From IMG/VR virus record IMGVR_UViG_3300027804_000216, positions 1 through 24,329 of that record: a stretch of 24,329 nt of DNA, one strand, 5' to 3'. The position numbers and the translations under genes were made by a program. Positions 1 through 8,218 of the stretch are shown piece after piece. Below the pieces are notes generated by a model, which saw nothing but the letters and a program-made list of their open reading frames with translations, was not told the origin of the DNA and ran no database searches. Numbering within the stretch: the first letter of the stretch is position 1; the number at the start of each line of letters is the position of its first letter. Origin of the DNA: a virus (Duplodnaviria > Caudoviricetes).

Positions 1-13
1 GTTGTTTTCATAA

Positions 14-1174
14 CTACTTTTCTGGCGGTATCGCATCGTTGCCGATGACAGGTGTTGATGACGGTGCTACAAACTCGTTTCCACCATCATAAGGTTCACG
101 ATTTTCTATCTCTCGTGCCTCGTTCGGTGTCAATGTACCAGACAAGATTTGAGTTTGTTGTGCTTTAACACGGGTCATCAGATCGGCTCGCAAAAACTCT
201 GACGCATTAAAACGAACCTGTTGTGTTAATGGCAGCATTTCGCTGAACGCTGTTTCTAATCTGCGAACCCAACCAAGAAGCGTGTATTGATAAAACGCCG
301 AACCGACTGCTTCAAGGTTTTGATATGTCTGACTGTCGCCACCTGTGCCAATAATCAAATGAAGCGGTATGCGATACACACGGGCGATATCTCGAACGAT
401 TGATTCTTTGTGTTCTAACATTTGCATATCGGCTGCACTAGTTGTTATTGGTCGCCACTTTAAACCGCCTTGAAGCACGGCGGGCTTGCGATGTTTGTAG
501 TGTGCTTCTTCCCACGAGTCACGAATCTGTCGTGCCTGATCAGGTGTTAGCGCACCATCTGTTTCAAGAACCGATGACGGTGTTGCGCCTTCGCCGTAGA
601 ACTGTGCCAAGAATCTGTCCATCGCTAAACCCATACCGATAGTGTTTCGCATTGTTTCAATCGGTGAAACGCCTCGCACCTGATTAGGCAAGATCAGCCA
701 GTGAATAGCACGAATGTCTTTGCTTGTGTATTGAACTTTGCCAAGATCATACATTGTGTCCGTGTCTGCGTAAACAATTTTTTTGATTGCGTGTGGGTGA
801 ATGTTTCGCATCTCTACAGGCAAACCGTTCGCACCTTTCGGCGCATAGATATAAGCGTTGCCATGCAAAGCAAGTGTCGCCATAGTTTGATGAACGAACT
901 CAAACATATTCTGTCTATCGTTCGGGCGTTGCAGAACTGAAGGCGTTGGCAGTTTCTCTATGCGACCCCCACGAGTGCGAGTAAGTTCAAGAGGCATCGC
1001 AGCAATCGAATCGGCAAGAATAGTTACAGCAGACAGCACCGCACTATGAGCGAACGCAGTAAGTTCGGTGACGATCTCGCCTGTGTAGTTTGGATAATAT
1101 GGGCGAGCAGTTATTTGATACGGGTCGATAGAAGTTGGCAAGGCTCGCTGTTCGGACCTGCGAAACAAACTCAT
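14..1174 (-). CDS. Phage portal protein, HK97 family
   Basis: 386 aa with HK97-portal motifs (SAVLSAVTILADSIAAMPL, LALHGNAY, GVSPI, IARVYRIPLHLIG, GTLTPNEAREIEN); follows TerL. Confidence 0.95.
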   Translation of the reverse strand: MSLFRRSEQRALPTSIDPYQITARPYYPNYTGEIVTELTAFAHSAVLSAVTILADSIAAMPLELTRTRGGRIEKLPTPSVLQRPNDRQNMFEFVHQTMATLALHGNAYIYAPKGANGLPVEMRNIHPHAIKKIVYADTDTMYDLGKVQYTSKDIRAIHWLILPNQVRGVSPIETMRNTIGMGLAMDRFLAQFYGEGATPSSVLETDGALTPDQARQIRDSWEEAHYKHRKPAVLQGGLKWRPITTSAADMQMLEHKESIVRDIARVYRIPLHLIIGTGGDSQTYQNLEAVGSAFYQYTLLGWVRRLETAFSEMLPLTQQVRFNASEFLRADLMTRVKAQQTQILSGTLTPNEAREIENREPYDGGNEFVAPSSTPVIGNDAIPPEK

Positions 1175-1314
1175 ACTGCTAGACCTCCAGCAACAATCAA
1201 AAGAACTCCAGCAACAATAACACTAATCGGCACACTAAACGCTGAGATACCTAACACGATTAAAACACCGCCAACAATTTCCATCGCTGTCGTTACTGTT
1301 TCTTTGTTTATCAT
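1171..1314 (-). CDS. Small membrane protein between TerL and portal (47 aa, not in ORF track)
   Basis: Hand translation MINKETVTTAMEIVGGVLIVLGISAFSVPISVIVAGVLLIVAGGLAV; ATGA overlaps with both the TerL stop and the portal start. Confidence 0.8.
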   Translation of the reverse strand: MINKETVTTAMEIVGGVLIVLGISAFSVPISVIVAGVLLIVAGGLAV

Positions 1315-2831
1315 TTCCAAATATCCAATACTGCTGGTTCGATTACTGTTGTTGCTCTAGTTGTCGCACGATCTAATGCCATAACCATAGCAATACAAGC
1401 GTCAATCTTTCTTTTGCTCTTGCCTTTGCTTAATCGCCAACCTGTATCAGTCATTCGTTGCGCTGCTGAGAGAACTTGATCTGTAAAAGTCGGTGAGCCA
1501 TCGTGCGCCACTTTCTTGTTTACGATCATCTCGTAGGCGTTACCGCAGGCTGGAATCATTCGTGCTGCTGATTGCCCGAACTCCACCATTGGTAGCCCGT
1601 CATCGCTTAACGCTTCTGCGCTTCGCATAAAATATGCTGGGTCAAAGGCGAACTCTTGCACCTGATAAGTGCGATGCAATTCCCGTAGGTGTGCTTCAAC
1701 ATCTGCAACATCTACGCCTTCGAGAGATGGCTGCCAAATCTTTGATCGAACAACAGTCTGGTCGTCTTGAGGCTGAGCGATAACGACACCGATGCTGTCG
1801 TGCTTCAATGCCATATCAATCCCCACCCACACAGGCAACTCTGAATCTAACTGGCGATCTGACACGCATTGTTCCCACGCACCGACAGGCAGCCACGATT
1901 CTTGAGAGCGAACCCACTGATTCAAACGCCAACGCCTCATACCCATTTCACTCGTTTGTTTTACCGCTACAGCGAGGTCATCGGGGTCGAGAAGTTTCTC
2001 TGCAAGGTTTGGATTAGCGACACGCCATGCCTGACGGTCATCAATTCGGCAATCTTCAGGTGCTTCCCACCACCAAAAACCAAAAGAATCATCGCTAATT
2101 TCGCCCGAAGCAACCTGTTTTCCATACTGATAGAGCCTGCCTGCGAGCGAATCTAGGTCATATCCAGCCGTTGTGATGCTGATTGTTAATGGTTCTATTC
2201 GTGCGCCCGAACCTAAAGTCATTTGATCATAGAGATCGTGGCTTGCCTGACCCCATAATTCGTCAAATAACACTAGCGAAGGATTTAATCCAGCTTGACC
2301 TTTAAAGTCTGATGAGAGAACACGGAACACAGAACCAAAGCGAGGCATCTCAATAGCGTCACGATAAATCTTGGACTCGGCATTAAGCATCGGACTATTA
2401 ACGATCTGTTGCTTGGCTTCGTTGAAAATAATTCGTGCTTGCTGCCTATCGTTCGCTACTGCATACACCTCTGAGCCTGCTTCGCCAGCGATCATTCCAT
2501 AAACACCTACAGCCGACAGCATCAAACTCTTGCCTTGCTTTCGAGGCAAACCAATAAGCGCACGGCGATAACGCAAACGCCCCGTAGCATCGTCACGCTC
2601 ATAGAGTGAGCGCAATAACCATTTTTGCCAAGTGGTAAACCTCAGAGGTTCGCCTGCTCGAAAACCTTTCAAAACATTAAAATAGTTTTGAGCGAAGTTA
2701 ATTATTTCATCGCCATCAGTAGAACGATTTTTGCGCTGCGTATAAAATGCTGGCTTCCATTTATCGGCTGGCTGAACGCTTTTTGGCAATACGCTTGTTG
2801 AGGTCGTTAAAGTCGTGTTTGGTGTTTTCAT
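1311..2831 (-). CDS. terL: Terminase large subunit
   Basis: WQKW adenine-binding region, Walker A (LPRKQGKS), Walker B (LVLFDE), ITTAG motif, RuvC-like nuclease (VGIDMA...D, KIDACIAMVMA). True start may be the TTG at 2789. Confidence 0.97.
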   Translation of the reverse strand: MKTPNTTLTTSTSVLPKSVQPADKWKPAFYTQRKNRSTDGDEIINFAQNYFNVLKGFRAGEPLRFTTWQKWLLRSLYERDDATGRLRYRRALIGLPRKQGKSLMLSAVGVYGMIAGEAGSEVYAVANDRQQARIIFNEAKQQIVNSPMLNAESKIYRDAIEMPRFGSVFRVLSSDFKGQAGLNPSLVLFDELWGQASHDLYDQMTLGSGARIEPLTISITTAGYDLDSLAGRLYQYGKQVASGEISDDSFGFWWWEAPEDCRIDDRQAWRVANPNLAEKLLDPDDLAVAVKQTSEMGMRRWRLNQWVRSQESWLPVGAWEQCVSDRQLDSELPVWVGIDMALKHDSIGVVIAQPQDDQTVVRSKIWQPSLEGVDVADVEAHLRELHRTYQVQEFAFDPAYFMRSAEALSDDGLPMVEFGQSAARMIPACGNAYEMIVNKKVAHDGSPTFTDQVLSAAQRMTDTGWRLSKGKSKRKIDACIAMVMALDRATTRATTVIEPAVLDIWK

Positions 2832-3243
2832 CTGCCGTTAATAATCCTCTCTCAGATGGACTGAATCCTAACTGACCTAACAGTGTAATGATCTGCCGAT
2901 CTACCTCACGCAAAGCACGGCGTTCTCGCCAAAGACTTTGATCGTTTTGTAATATCAGTTTCAAAATAATTCGTTCTTGCATAGCCTCGCAAACCATCAA
3001 AACTAATTCTGTATCCATATTTTGTTTCAGCCAACCAGCCCCTGACGACCAAATCTGATTCCACAATCTCAAACCATATTCTTCCTCGAGTTTTCGATGA
3101 GGTTCTGGAATATGAGTATTGGGAAGTGAAGTTATTTCAGCCATAGCGACCACCTGCGATAATTTTCTACCACCTGGATTTCCGATACGGCGTTTGCGTT
3201 CAACAGGTTTCCTGTTATGTCCTCCGCTACCTTTGCCACCCAT
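2761..3243 (-). CDS. terS: Terminase small subunit
   Basis: N-terminal RKPVERKRRIGNPGGRKL and C-terminal LGFSPSER are typical of P27-like/actinophage TerS; directly upstream of TerL. Confidence 0.85.
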   Translation of the reverse strand: MGGKGSGGHNRKPVERKRRIGNPGGRKLSQVVAMAEITSLPNTHIPEPHRKLEEEYGLRLWNQIWSSGAGWLKQNMDTELVLMVCEAMQERIILKLILQNDQSLWRERRALREVDRQIITLLGQLGFSPSERGLLTADENTKHDFNDLNKRIAKKRSASR

Positions 3244-3289
3244 AAAGTTTTAAGCCTCGTATCTAATCGGATACAAAGTATGCCACAAA

Positions 3290-3943
3290 CTAAGCTGCAA
3301 GCGTTTTAACTCTGCGAACTTCCTTGATATGTTTGCACTCAACTTTACGAAAAGTGTTATGCGGACACGAACAAGACCACTGCGAACCAGTAACAGAAAC
3401 CGTATAGAAGCCATCGCCCGAACTAGAAGCAACCTCAAAAATCTGATCGGGTAAAACTTTCACGAACTTCTGTCGGTCAGCAGGTTCAATCCAATCCATG
3501 CCTAGCACATCAGAAACGCCACGCTCAGAACCATCATCAATCTGAACTTTGCCATCAAATAAACCAAACTGCGATAACTTTAAACCCTGTGCCTTTGCCT
3601 TCTGACGCATAATCACATTCAACTCTTTACTGCCCGTGATATACCAAAGAAATGCTCCCCATTGGCAAGGCGTAGCGCACCAAATATCCACGCCGAAAGG
3701 TTGACCGCCTAAATCAAAAACACCGTGAGCAGCCTGCTCGCCTAAACGCTCAAAGAACAACCAGTCAGGCAACAAAACATCGCTCAAAGAATCTGCTTGA
3801 ACCACAATGTCAAGATCGCCCACCTGATCGGCTCGCCTTCGAAACGAACCACCGACTTCACAAATCAAGTTTTGTGCTTTGAACCCAGCTAGCAAATCTT
3901 TAGCAACAGGTTCAATTTTTTCAAAACCTATGCGAACTTTCAT
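3290..3943 (-). CDS. polX: Minimal family X DNA polymerase (palm + thumb) fused to a C-terminal SWIM-type Zn finger
   Basis: GGSFRR...GDLDIVV, third Asp in GVDIW, YITGSKELN...MRQKAK..GLKLSQFGL, ERGVSDVLGMDWIEPADR; then CSCP...CKH. Start reassigned to ATG 3943, which follows a GGAGG RBS. Confidence 0.85.
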   Translation of the reverse strand: MKVRIGFEKIEPVAKDLLAGFKAQNLICEVGGSFRRRADQVGDLDIVVQADSLSDVLLPDWLFFERLGEQAAHGVFDLGGQPFGVDIWCATPCQWGAFLWYITGSKELNVIMRQKAKAQGLKLSQFGLFDGKVQIDDGSERGVSDVLGMDWIEPADRQKFVKVLPDQIFEVASSSGDGFYTVSVTGSQWSCSCPHNTFRKVECKHIKEVRRVKTLAA

Positions 3944-4106
3944 CACAATCCTCCTTTGTAATAAAGACAATTCTACTTCGCAAGACCAGATAGAATTAAA
4001 AATATGACGCACCGAAAAAGTAGTTTTGCCGCCGAATTATACGGCAGGGGGGCACAGGGGTAGTAGGGCAAGCCCTGTAAAAAAAATCGCTTTTGTTTTT
4101 GCGTGT
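3944..4106. other. Intergenic region between HNH and PolX/TerS: probable cos (genome end) plus promoter
   Basis: Lies downstream of an HNH gene and upstream of terminase, as in HK97-like cos phages. Has a GCCG-N7-CGGC dyad (4031-4045, TATAAT on the minus strand), G runs, an A run near 4079-4086 and a TAGAAT -10 candidate at 3970-3975 (minus). Confidence 0.45.
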
Positions 4107-4415
4107 TCAGTTCGAGGTGATCGGTTTGTTTTGTCGGCGTGAGTTGCAAGATCGGTGGGCTGCTGCGAGAGGTGAGTTTGGGTCTGCTGGTATTAGGTGG
4201 TCTGCTGTAAATGGGTCGTTAAGTTTTTTGCCTTGTCCACATATCCAGCAGGCGATAGCAGTGTCTCTGATCTGTTTGGCTCGCCTTCGATAGTCGCCTT
4301 TGTAGTGGGGTCTGTTTGGTTTAGGGTGTTGTTGGTGCCAGAGGGTTTGACAGCGTGTGCAGCGTGTGGCGTTGCTTGTTAAGATTCGACAGTTCAAACA
4401 GGGTTTTTTAATCAT
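4107..4415 (-). CDS. HNH endonuclease (terminase-associated type)
   Basis: N-terminal CLNC..RCTRC, then CWICG...TADHLIP...AAHRSCNSRR; located upstream of the packaging genes. Start at 4415 or 4424. Confidence 0.9.
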   Translation of the reverse strand: MIKKPCLNCRILTSNATRCTRCQTLWHQQHPKPNRPHYKGDYRRRAKQIRDTAIACWICGQGKKLNDPFTADHLIPADPNSPLAAAHRSCNSRRQNKPITSN

Positions 4416-5211
4416 TTTTTGCAACAGGTTTTGATAATCGTTGGTGTGTAATTCTTTTTAATCGCAGGTTGGTTATTCCTCCAGCTTTTAAATAGGTGGA
4501 GGCGAGTTCAGAATGTCGATATGCGATGCGTTTTAATTGTTGTGTGTGATCTTTTTGTCGTTCAGCGATTCCTCTTGTTTTAAGTTCTGCGTCAATTCCA
4601 CCGCTAGCAAAATAGTCTGTTTTAGCAGTTATATAATTGAGCCGAACGACGCTGCCGTGGTGTTTAAAACTTTGTAGGGTTGTCTCATAATCGTTACCTG
4701 ATGATGAAAGTAAACGGTTGGGTGTGGTTATGGCGATGTCTTGTGCGTAGGTGCCCCAACAGCAGCCAATAATGTAACGCAAACCAACAACGATTTCATC
4801 GCTCATGTAAAATGCGTTTCGCACTGGGTAGATTCCCCACATTCGGCTTTTTGTTTTTTCGCAAATATCAAAACCGACTGCAACCAAATTATCTAAGTTG
4901 CCGTCATATTCGCTAAGTTGATCGCCCTGTTTTTGTTCAAGCGCAGCAATGTCGTCATCAAGTATTAACAACGGCGTGTTGGGTGCATATGTCATATGTG
5001 CTGCTTTTATTGATTGGAAATGACCCAGTGTTGTAATTTTCAATTTAATTGTGTGTGGAACGAATTGTTTGTAAATTTGATATTGTTCTTCGTTCGCAAC
5101 GAACACTGTAATTCGAGAGTGGTCGGCGTGGTAACGATCTAAAGTTTTAAGGGTCAAATCACGCAGACGCTCAGGTCTGGCATAAGACATAATAGCAATT
5201 TGATAATCCAT
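4408..5211 (-). CDS. GT-A fold glycosyltransferase, TET-associated / GREB1-like
   Basis: YQIAIMSYARP...TLKTL, ITVFVANEEQYQIY, LILDDDI metal-binding motif, NDYETTLQ, GSVVRLN...YFASGG; adjacent to a TET/JBP gene. Confidence 0.85.
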   Translation of the reverse strand: MDYQIAIMSYARPERLRDLTLKTLDRYHADHSRITVFVANEEQYQIYKQFVPHTIKLKITTLGHFQSIKAAHMTYAPNTPLLILDDDIAALEQKQGDQLSEYDGNLDNLVAVGFDICEKTKSRMWGIYPVRNAFYMSDEIVVGLRYIIGCCWGTYAQDIAITTPNRLLSSSGNDYETTLQSFKHHGSVVRLNYITAKTDYFASGGIDAELKTRGIAERQKDHTQQLKRIAYRHSELASTYLKAGGITNLRLKRITHQRLSKPVAKND

Positions 5212-5219
5212 TTTGTGAT

Positions 5220-6035
5220 CTATTGTGAAGCCTTAATCGCTGCCCTGTTGGTTTCTTGTTCTCGACAACCGCATTGTTTTATTTTGTTTTTGGCATACCA
5301 AACTATTGTAAATCTGTAAGCATCTTTTTTCTTGGGCGTCAATGGGGTAACGCCGTGCCATAGTTCTTGACCATTGAAGATAAGAATTGAGTTGTTTGGC
5401 ACTCCGAGAACCAAATCATATTCTGGTAAGTGTAAGTGTCCACCTTCTAGATTTTTTCTAAGCGACAGCATCATTGACCACGAACCTGTGAAGTTTCCAG
5501 AATCTTTGTGATAAGGCAAAGCAGACCAGTTGTTAATGATTCCCGAAGTAAAAGGGGTTTCGCCAAGTAGCCAATCTGGGTGCGCTTGGCTTGTAACTAT
5601 TTGTTTGTGTGATTCGGCTCGGTGCGGGTCAATACTTGCGAACAGCTCGTAACTGTGTTTTGCGATTTCTGATAAAAGTTTATTGAGCGTGGGTTGTTCT
5701 TCGTTTAGTTTCGCCGTTGAGCAGCCGTAACGTTTACGCAATTTTTCTGGTGCGAGTGTTCCGAATACTCTGTTCGAAGCGATGATGCCCGACAAGCGTG
5801 ATACTCCTCCGTTATCCCATTTGATCGAATGTCGCAAAATCTTTTCAACTTCTTTGCTTAACGGTTTTTTGTCGTCAGACAAACTTATTTGTATCGCAAC
5901 GATCGCTTGGTGTTTTTTGTCAATGACAATCACATCTTCGTTAATTTCGTTTTCAAGATTTGGGGCGTGGAGTTTTTTTCTAGCAGGTTTCCAATCTTTG
6001 TATGACGCTTCAATTATTTTTGTCATAGTTTTCAA
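5220..6035 (-). CDS. TET/JBP-family 2-oxoglutarate-Fe(II) dioxygenase
   Basis: PFTSGIIN..SALPYHKDSGN (HxD), GGHLHLPEY, WHGVTP (distal His), RFTIVWY (2OG-binding Arg). Confidence 0.88.
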   Translation of the reverse strand: MKTMTKIIEASYKDWKPARKKLHAPNLENEINEDVIVIDKKHQAIVAIQISLSDDKKPLSKEVEKILRHSIKWDNGGVSRLSGIIASNRVFGTLAPEKLRKRYGCSTAKLNEEQPTLNKLLSEIAKHSYELFASIDPHRAESHKQIVTSQAHPDWLLGETPFTSGIINNWSALPYHKDSGNFTGSWSMMLSLRKNLEGGHLHLPEYDLVLGVPNNSILIFNGQELWHGVTPLTPKKKDAYRFTIVWYAKNKIKQCGCREQETNRAAIKASQ

Positions 6036-6633
6036 TTAGATACAACACTATCTCAGAATATGATTGTTTGGCTAAATCTTTCATTAGTTCGTTTAATCGT
6101 TGTTTGACGATTTCTATGTTTTGTTTCGTAAAAGGTAGAACGAGGTTTCTTGTATCAGTGAGATCGAAGTTTGCAAGTTGTTCGCTTGCGTCTGGAACAT
6201 CTTTGATAAAACCGAGCGAGCCGTTCAACTTGTAGATGAGATCGTCAAGGTCATCACCGTCATATAATGTTCCTGCGAAACCTTCATCGCTTCCAGAAAG
6301 ACTTTTAAGCAGTTCTGCTAAACCATCATCGTTATACATCGCAAGGTCTGTTGTTCTGTTGTCTGCTAACAAAATACGCACGGCTTCATTTTCGTTTTTC
6401 GTTTCGATAAATCCTGCGCTAATTTTTGACCAGCCGAGAGACTTGGCTGCTTTCCAAGTATGGTTTCCTGCCAAAATAAAGTTGGTGCGCCTATCAACAA
6501 CTATCGGGCGATACTGTCCGTGTGCTTTGAGCGATTCTGAGATTGCGCCGATATCGCCTTGACGCACATTCTTTGGGTGAGCCTCGATCGAATCGATATC
6601 TACGGTTGTGTATTCAATTTTGCGTTGTTCCAT
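6010..6633 (-). CDS. ParB/Sulfiredoxin N-terminal domain protein
   Basis: HPKNVRQGD...ESLKAHGQYRPIVV...ILAGNHTWKAAKSLG...LADNRT. Start reassigned to ATG 6633. Confidence 0.9.
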   Translation of the reverse strand: MEQRKIEYTTVDIDSIEAHPKNVRQGDIGAISESLKAHGQYRPIVVDRRTNFILAGNHTWKAAKSLGWSKISAGFIETKNENEAVRILLADNRTTDLAMYNDDGLAELLKSLSGSDEGFAGTLYDGDDLDDLIYKLNGSLGFIKDVPDASEQLANFDLTDTRNLVLPFTKQNIEIVKQRLNELMKDLAKQSYSEIVLYLIENYDKNN

Positions 6634-6634
6634 C

Positions 6635-6796
6635 TCAATCCTTTTCGATTTGATAATTGGCATAACTCATTGTAATTAACTTGCCATCAGAGGCTACACC
6701 AATCCAAGTGGGTGCGTCACTATCACATAAACAGCCAACTGTTCTTTTAGGGTCGGGTTCGAAAGAGTGTAAACAGTTTAAGCATCTGATTTTCAT
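6635..6796 (-). CDS. Small Cys-rich (Zn-ribbon-like) protein, 53 aa (not in ORF track)
   Basis: Hand translation MKIRCLNCLHSFEPDPKRTVGCLCDSDAPTWIGVASDGKLITMSYANYQIEKD; ATGA-coupled to the gp88-like gene and fills the gap. Confidence 0.7.
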   Translation of the reverse strand: MKIRCLNCLHSFEPDPKRTVGCLCDSDAPTWIGVASDGKLITMSYANYQIEKD

Positions 6797-7530
6797 AGTT
6801 CGCTAAACCTTCTGCCAGATATTTTTTTATTGAAGTGCTTTATGTTATTGGCTGGTATCCCGACAAGGTTAGTTTTAAGCAATATTGCTAATAGATCTGT
6901 TGCGTCTTGGCTTGTGTATCCAGCGTCAGTAATGGCTTGTTCGTTTGGGAATACATCTGCTCTACGGTCATCGTCAGTAATTAAATGATCTTGTAATCCT
7001 CCTGTTGAGTAAAGCCACCTAAAGTTGATTGGTGCTTTCTTGCCGTGTTGTTTAAGCATCGCTACTTCTTTTGTGTAAGCGTAAAACAACACTTGAGGGT
7101 TATCCGCTGCGATAGCGAACCAAAGATACAAATATTGTTCAGAGTAAAAGTCGCCTGAGTCGTGTATTCGAATTGCTGCACCCCCGTTTCGTATCCAAGT
7201 GTTTAGCCAAGCGTCATCGGTAACTTCTACATTGTTTGGTAATTCTCGAGGCTTAAAAGTTGGTTGAAATCGTTTTTGAGTTAATTCTTTATTAATTAAA
7301 GCACGAAACAAAATAGGTTCGTCCAGAGTTAGTCGCAAGTTTTTTGTGTGTGCTGCTAAAACATTTGGAAACAAATATGTGCCATTTCGGGCGTAACAAA
7401 CTTGGGCGCAAGCCCCAGCGTTCGGGCAGGTCTTGAATACTTTGTTATCGAGCCGAACAAACCATGCTGGTATAGCGAAGTTGTAAATGCGATGCGGTTT
7501 GAGTTCGCTGTTTTGTGTCAGCAACGGCAT
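6793..7530 (-). CDS. Gp88-like protein (radical-SAM-related Fe-S motif)
   Basis: TCPNAGACAQVCYA, IRIHDSGDFYS and FYAYTK motifs, which I recognise as the mycobacteriophage Gp88 family. Confidence 0.85.
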   Translation of the reverse strand: MPLLTQNSELKPHRIYNFAIPAWFVRLDNKVFKTCPNAGACAQVCYARNGTYLFPNVLAAHTKNLRLTLDEPILFRALINKELTQKRFQPTFKPRELPNNVEVTDDAWLNTWIRNGGAAIRIHDSGDFYSEQYLYLWFAIAADNPQVLFYAYTKEVAMLKQHGKKAPINFRWLYSTGGLQDHLITDDDRRADVFPNEQAITDAGYTSQDATDLLAILLKTNLVGIPANNIKHFNKKISGRRFSEL

Positions 7531-7536
7531 TAGTTT

Positions 7537-7752
7537 TTATAGTTCTGCGCCTTGAGACATAGCGATTCGCATTCGATCCACCATCTGCTTATACATCGCC
7601 AACTCTTGAACTGCTTTAGCGTAAGCCTCGCTTAAAGTCTCTTTTTCAGCCTTCAAAGAATCACGATCTTCTCGCATATGGTCAAGCGCAACTTGTAAAT
7701 CATCTGTTCGTGCTTGCCAATGTTGCAGTTCGGCGTTCAAACTTTCGCTCAT
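7537..7752 (-). CDS. Coiled-coil hypothetical protein
   Basis: 71 aa heptad-rich ORF with GGAGG RBS, coupled to the upstream gene. Confidence 0.75.
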   Translation of the reverse strand: MSESLNAELQHWQARTDDLQVALDHMREDRDSLKAEKETLSEAYAKAVQELAMYKQMVDRMRIAMSQGAEL

Positions 7753-7883
7753 TTCTTCTGCCTCCGTTTCTTAATCTCTGCCTCTAACGCTTCGACAGTC
7801 GCAATCAAATCATCTGCTTCCATCTGACCAACACTCAACCTTCGTAAGAATGCTACAGCATTCTGTAAGTCTCTCAATGTCAT
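7749..7883 (-). CDS. Hypothetical protein, 44 aa (not in ORF track)
   Basis: Hand translation MTLRDLQNAVAFLRRLSVGQMEADDLIATVEALEAEIKKRRQKK; ATGA overlap with the next gene. Confidence 0.7.
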   Translation of the reverse strand: MTLRDLQNAVAFLRRLSVGQMEADDLIATVEALEAEIKKRRQKK

Positions 7884-7910
7884 AACACTCTGCTTTCCTA
7901 ATCATTAAAC

Positions 7911-7989
7911 ATTCCCTGTGCCATCATTACAGATGGGGCTTCACGCTCAAGAGGGGAAAGAAAGCGAAGCGCAGATTGCCACAGGAAAC
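7911..7989 (-). ncRNA. Candidate three-way-junction RNA with a pyrimidine-rich anti-Shine-Dalgarno-like loop
   Basis: P1 GTTTCCTGTG/CACAGGGAAT; P2 GCTTCGCT/AGCGTGAAGC around loop TTCTTTCCCCTCTTG; P3 CCATC-TGTAAT-GATGG; wholly intergenic. Confidence 0.5.
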
Positions 7990-7999
7990 GACCTTGAGC

Positions 8000-8218
8000 C
8001 TAACGGCTGCGAGTGTTGAAAGTCTTGCGCCTCTTGTAACTGGTTTGGTAACTAATGATGCTGATTGCTCGAAATACCGTTCTAAGCAGTAGCCCAATGA
8101 TGATGCCGTAGCCGACCCAGCCGAGAGGCGTAGATTCGGTTTCTGCTGGCAGTAACGCCATCGCAAGCAGGCACACGATCAGCCCGAGCGAGATGCCTAG
8201 TTTAAATTGTATGGTCAT
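8000..8218 (-). CDS. Small two-TM membrane protein
   Basis: Two hydrophobic segments and a basic C-terminal tail; ATGA-coupled. Confidence 0.75.
   Translation of the reverse strand: MTIQFKLGISLGLIVCLLAMALLPAETESTPLGWVGYGIIIGLLLRTVFRAISIISYQTSYKRRKTFNTRSR

Noticed and set aside
3250-3438. 62-aa ORF overlapping the PolX C-terminus as a frameshift product
   Set aside because: No slippery site or motif seen; the SWIM finger is in frame with PolX.
7927-8166. 79-aa minus-strand ORF running into the junction element
   Set aside because: Out-of-frame overlap with the coupled TM gene 8000-8218; no RBS or motif.
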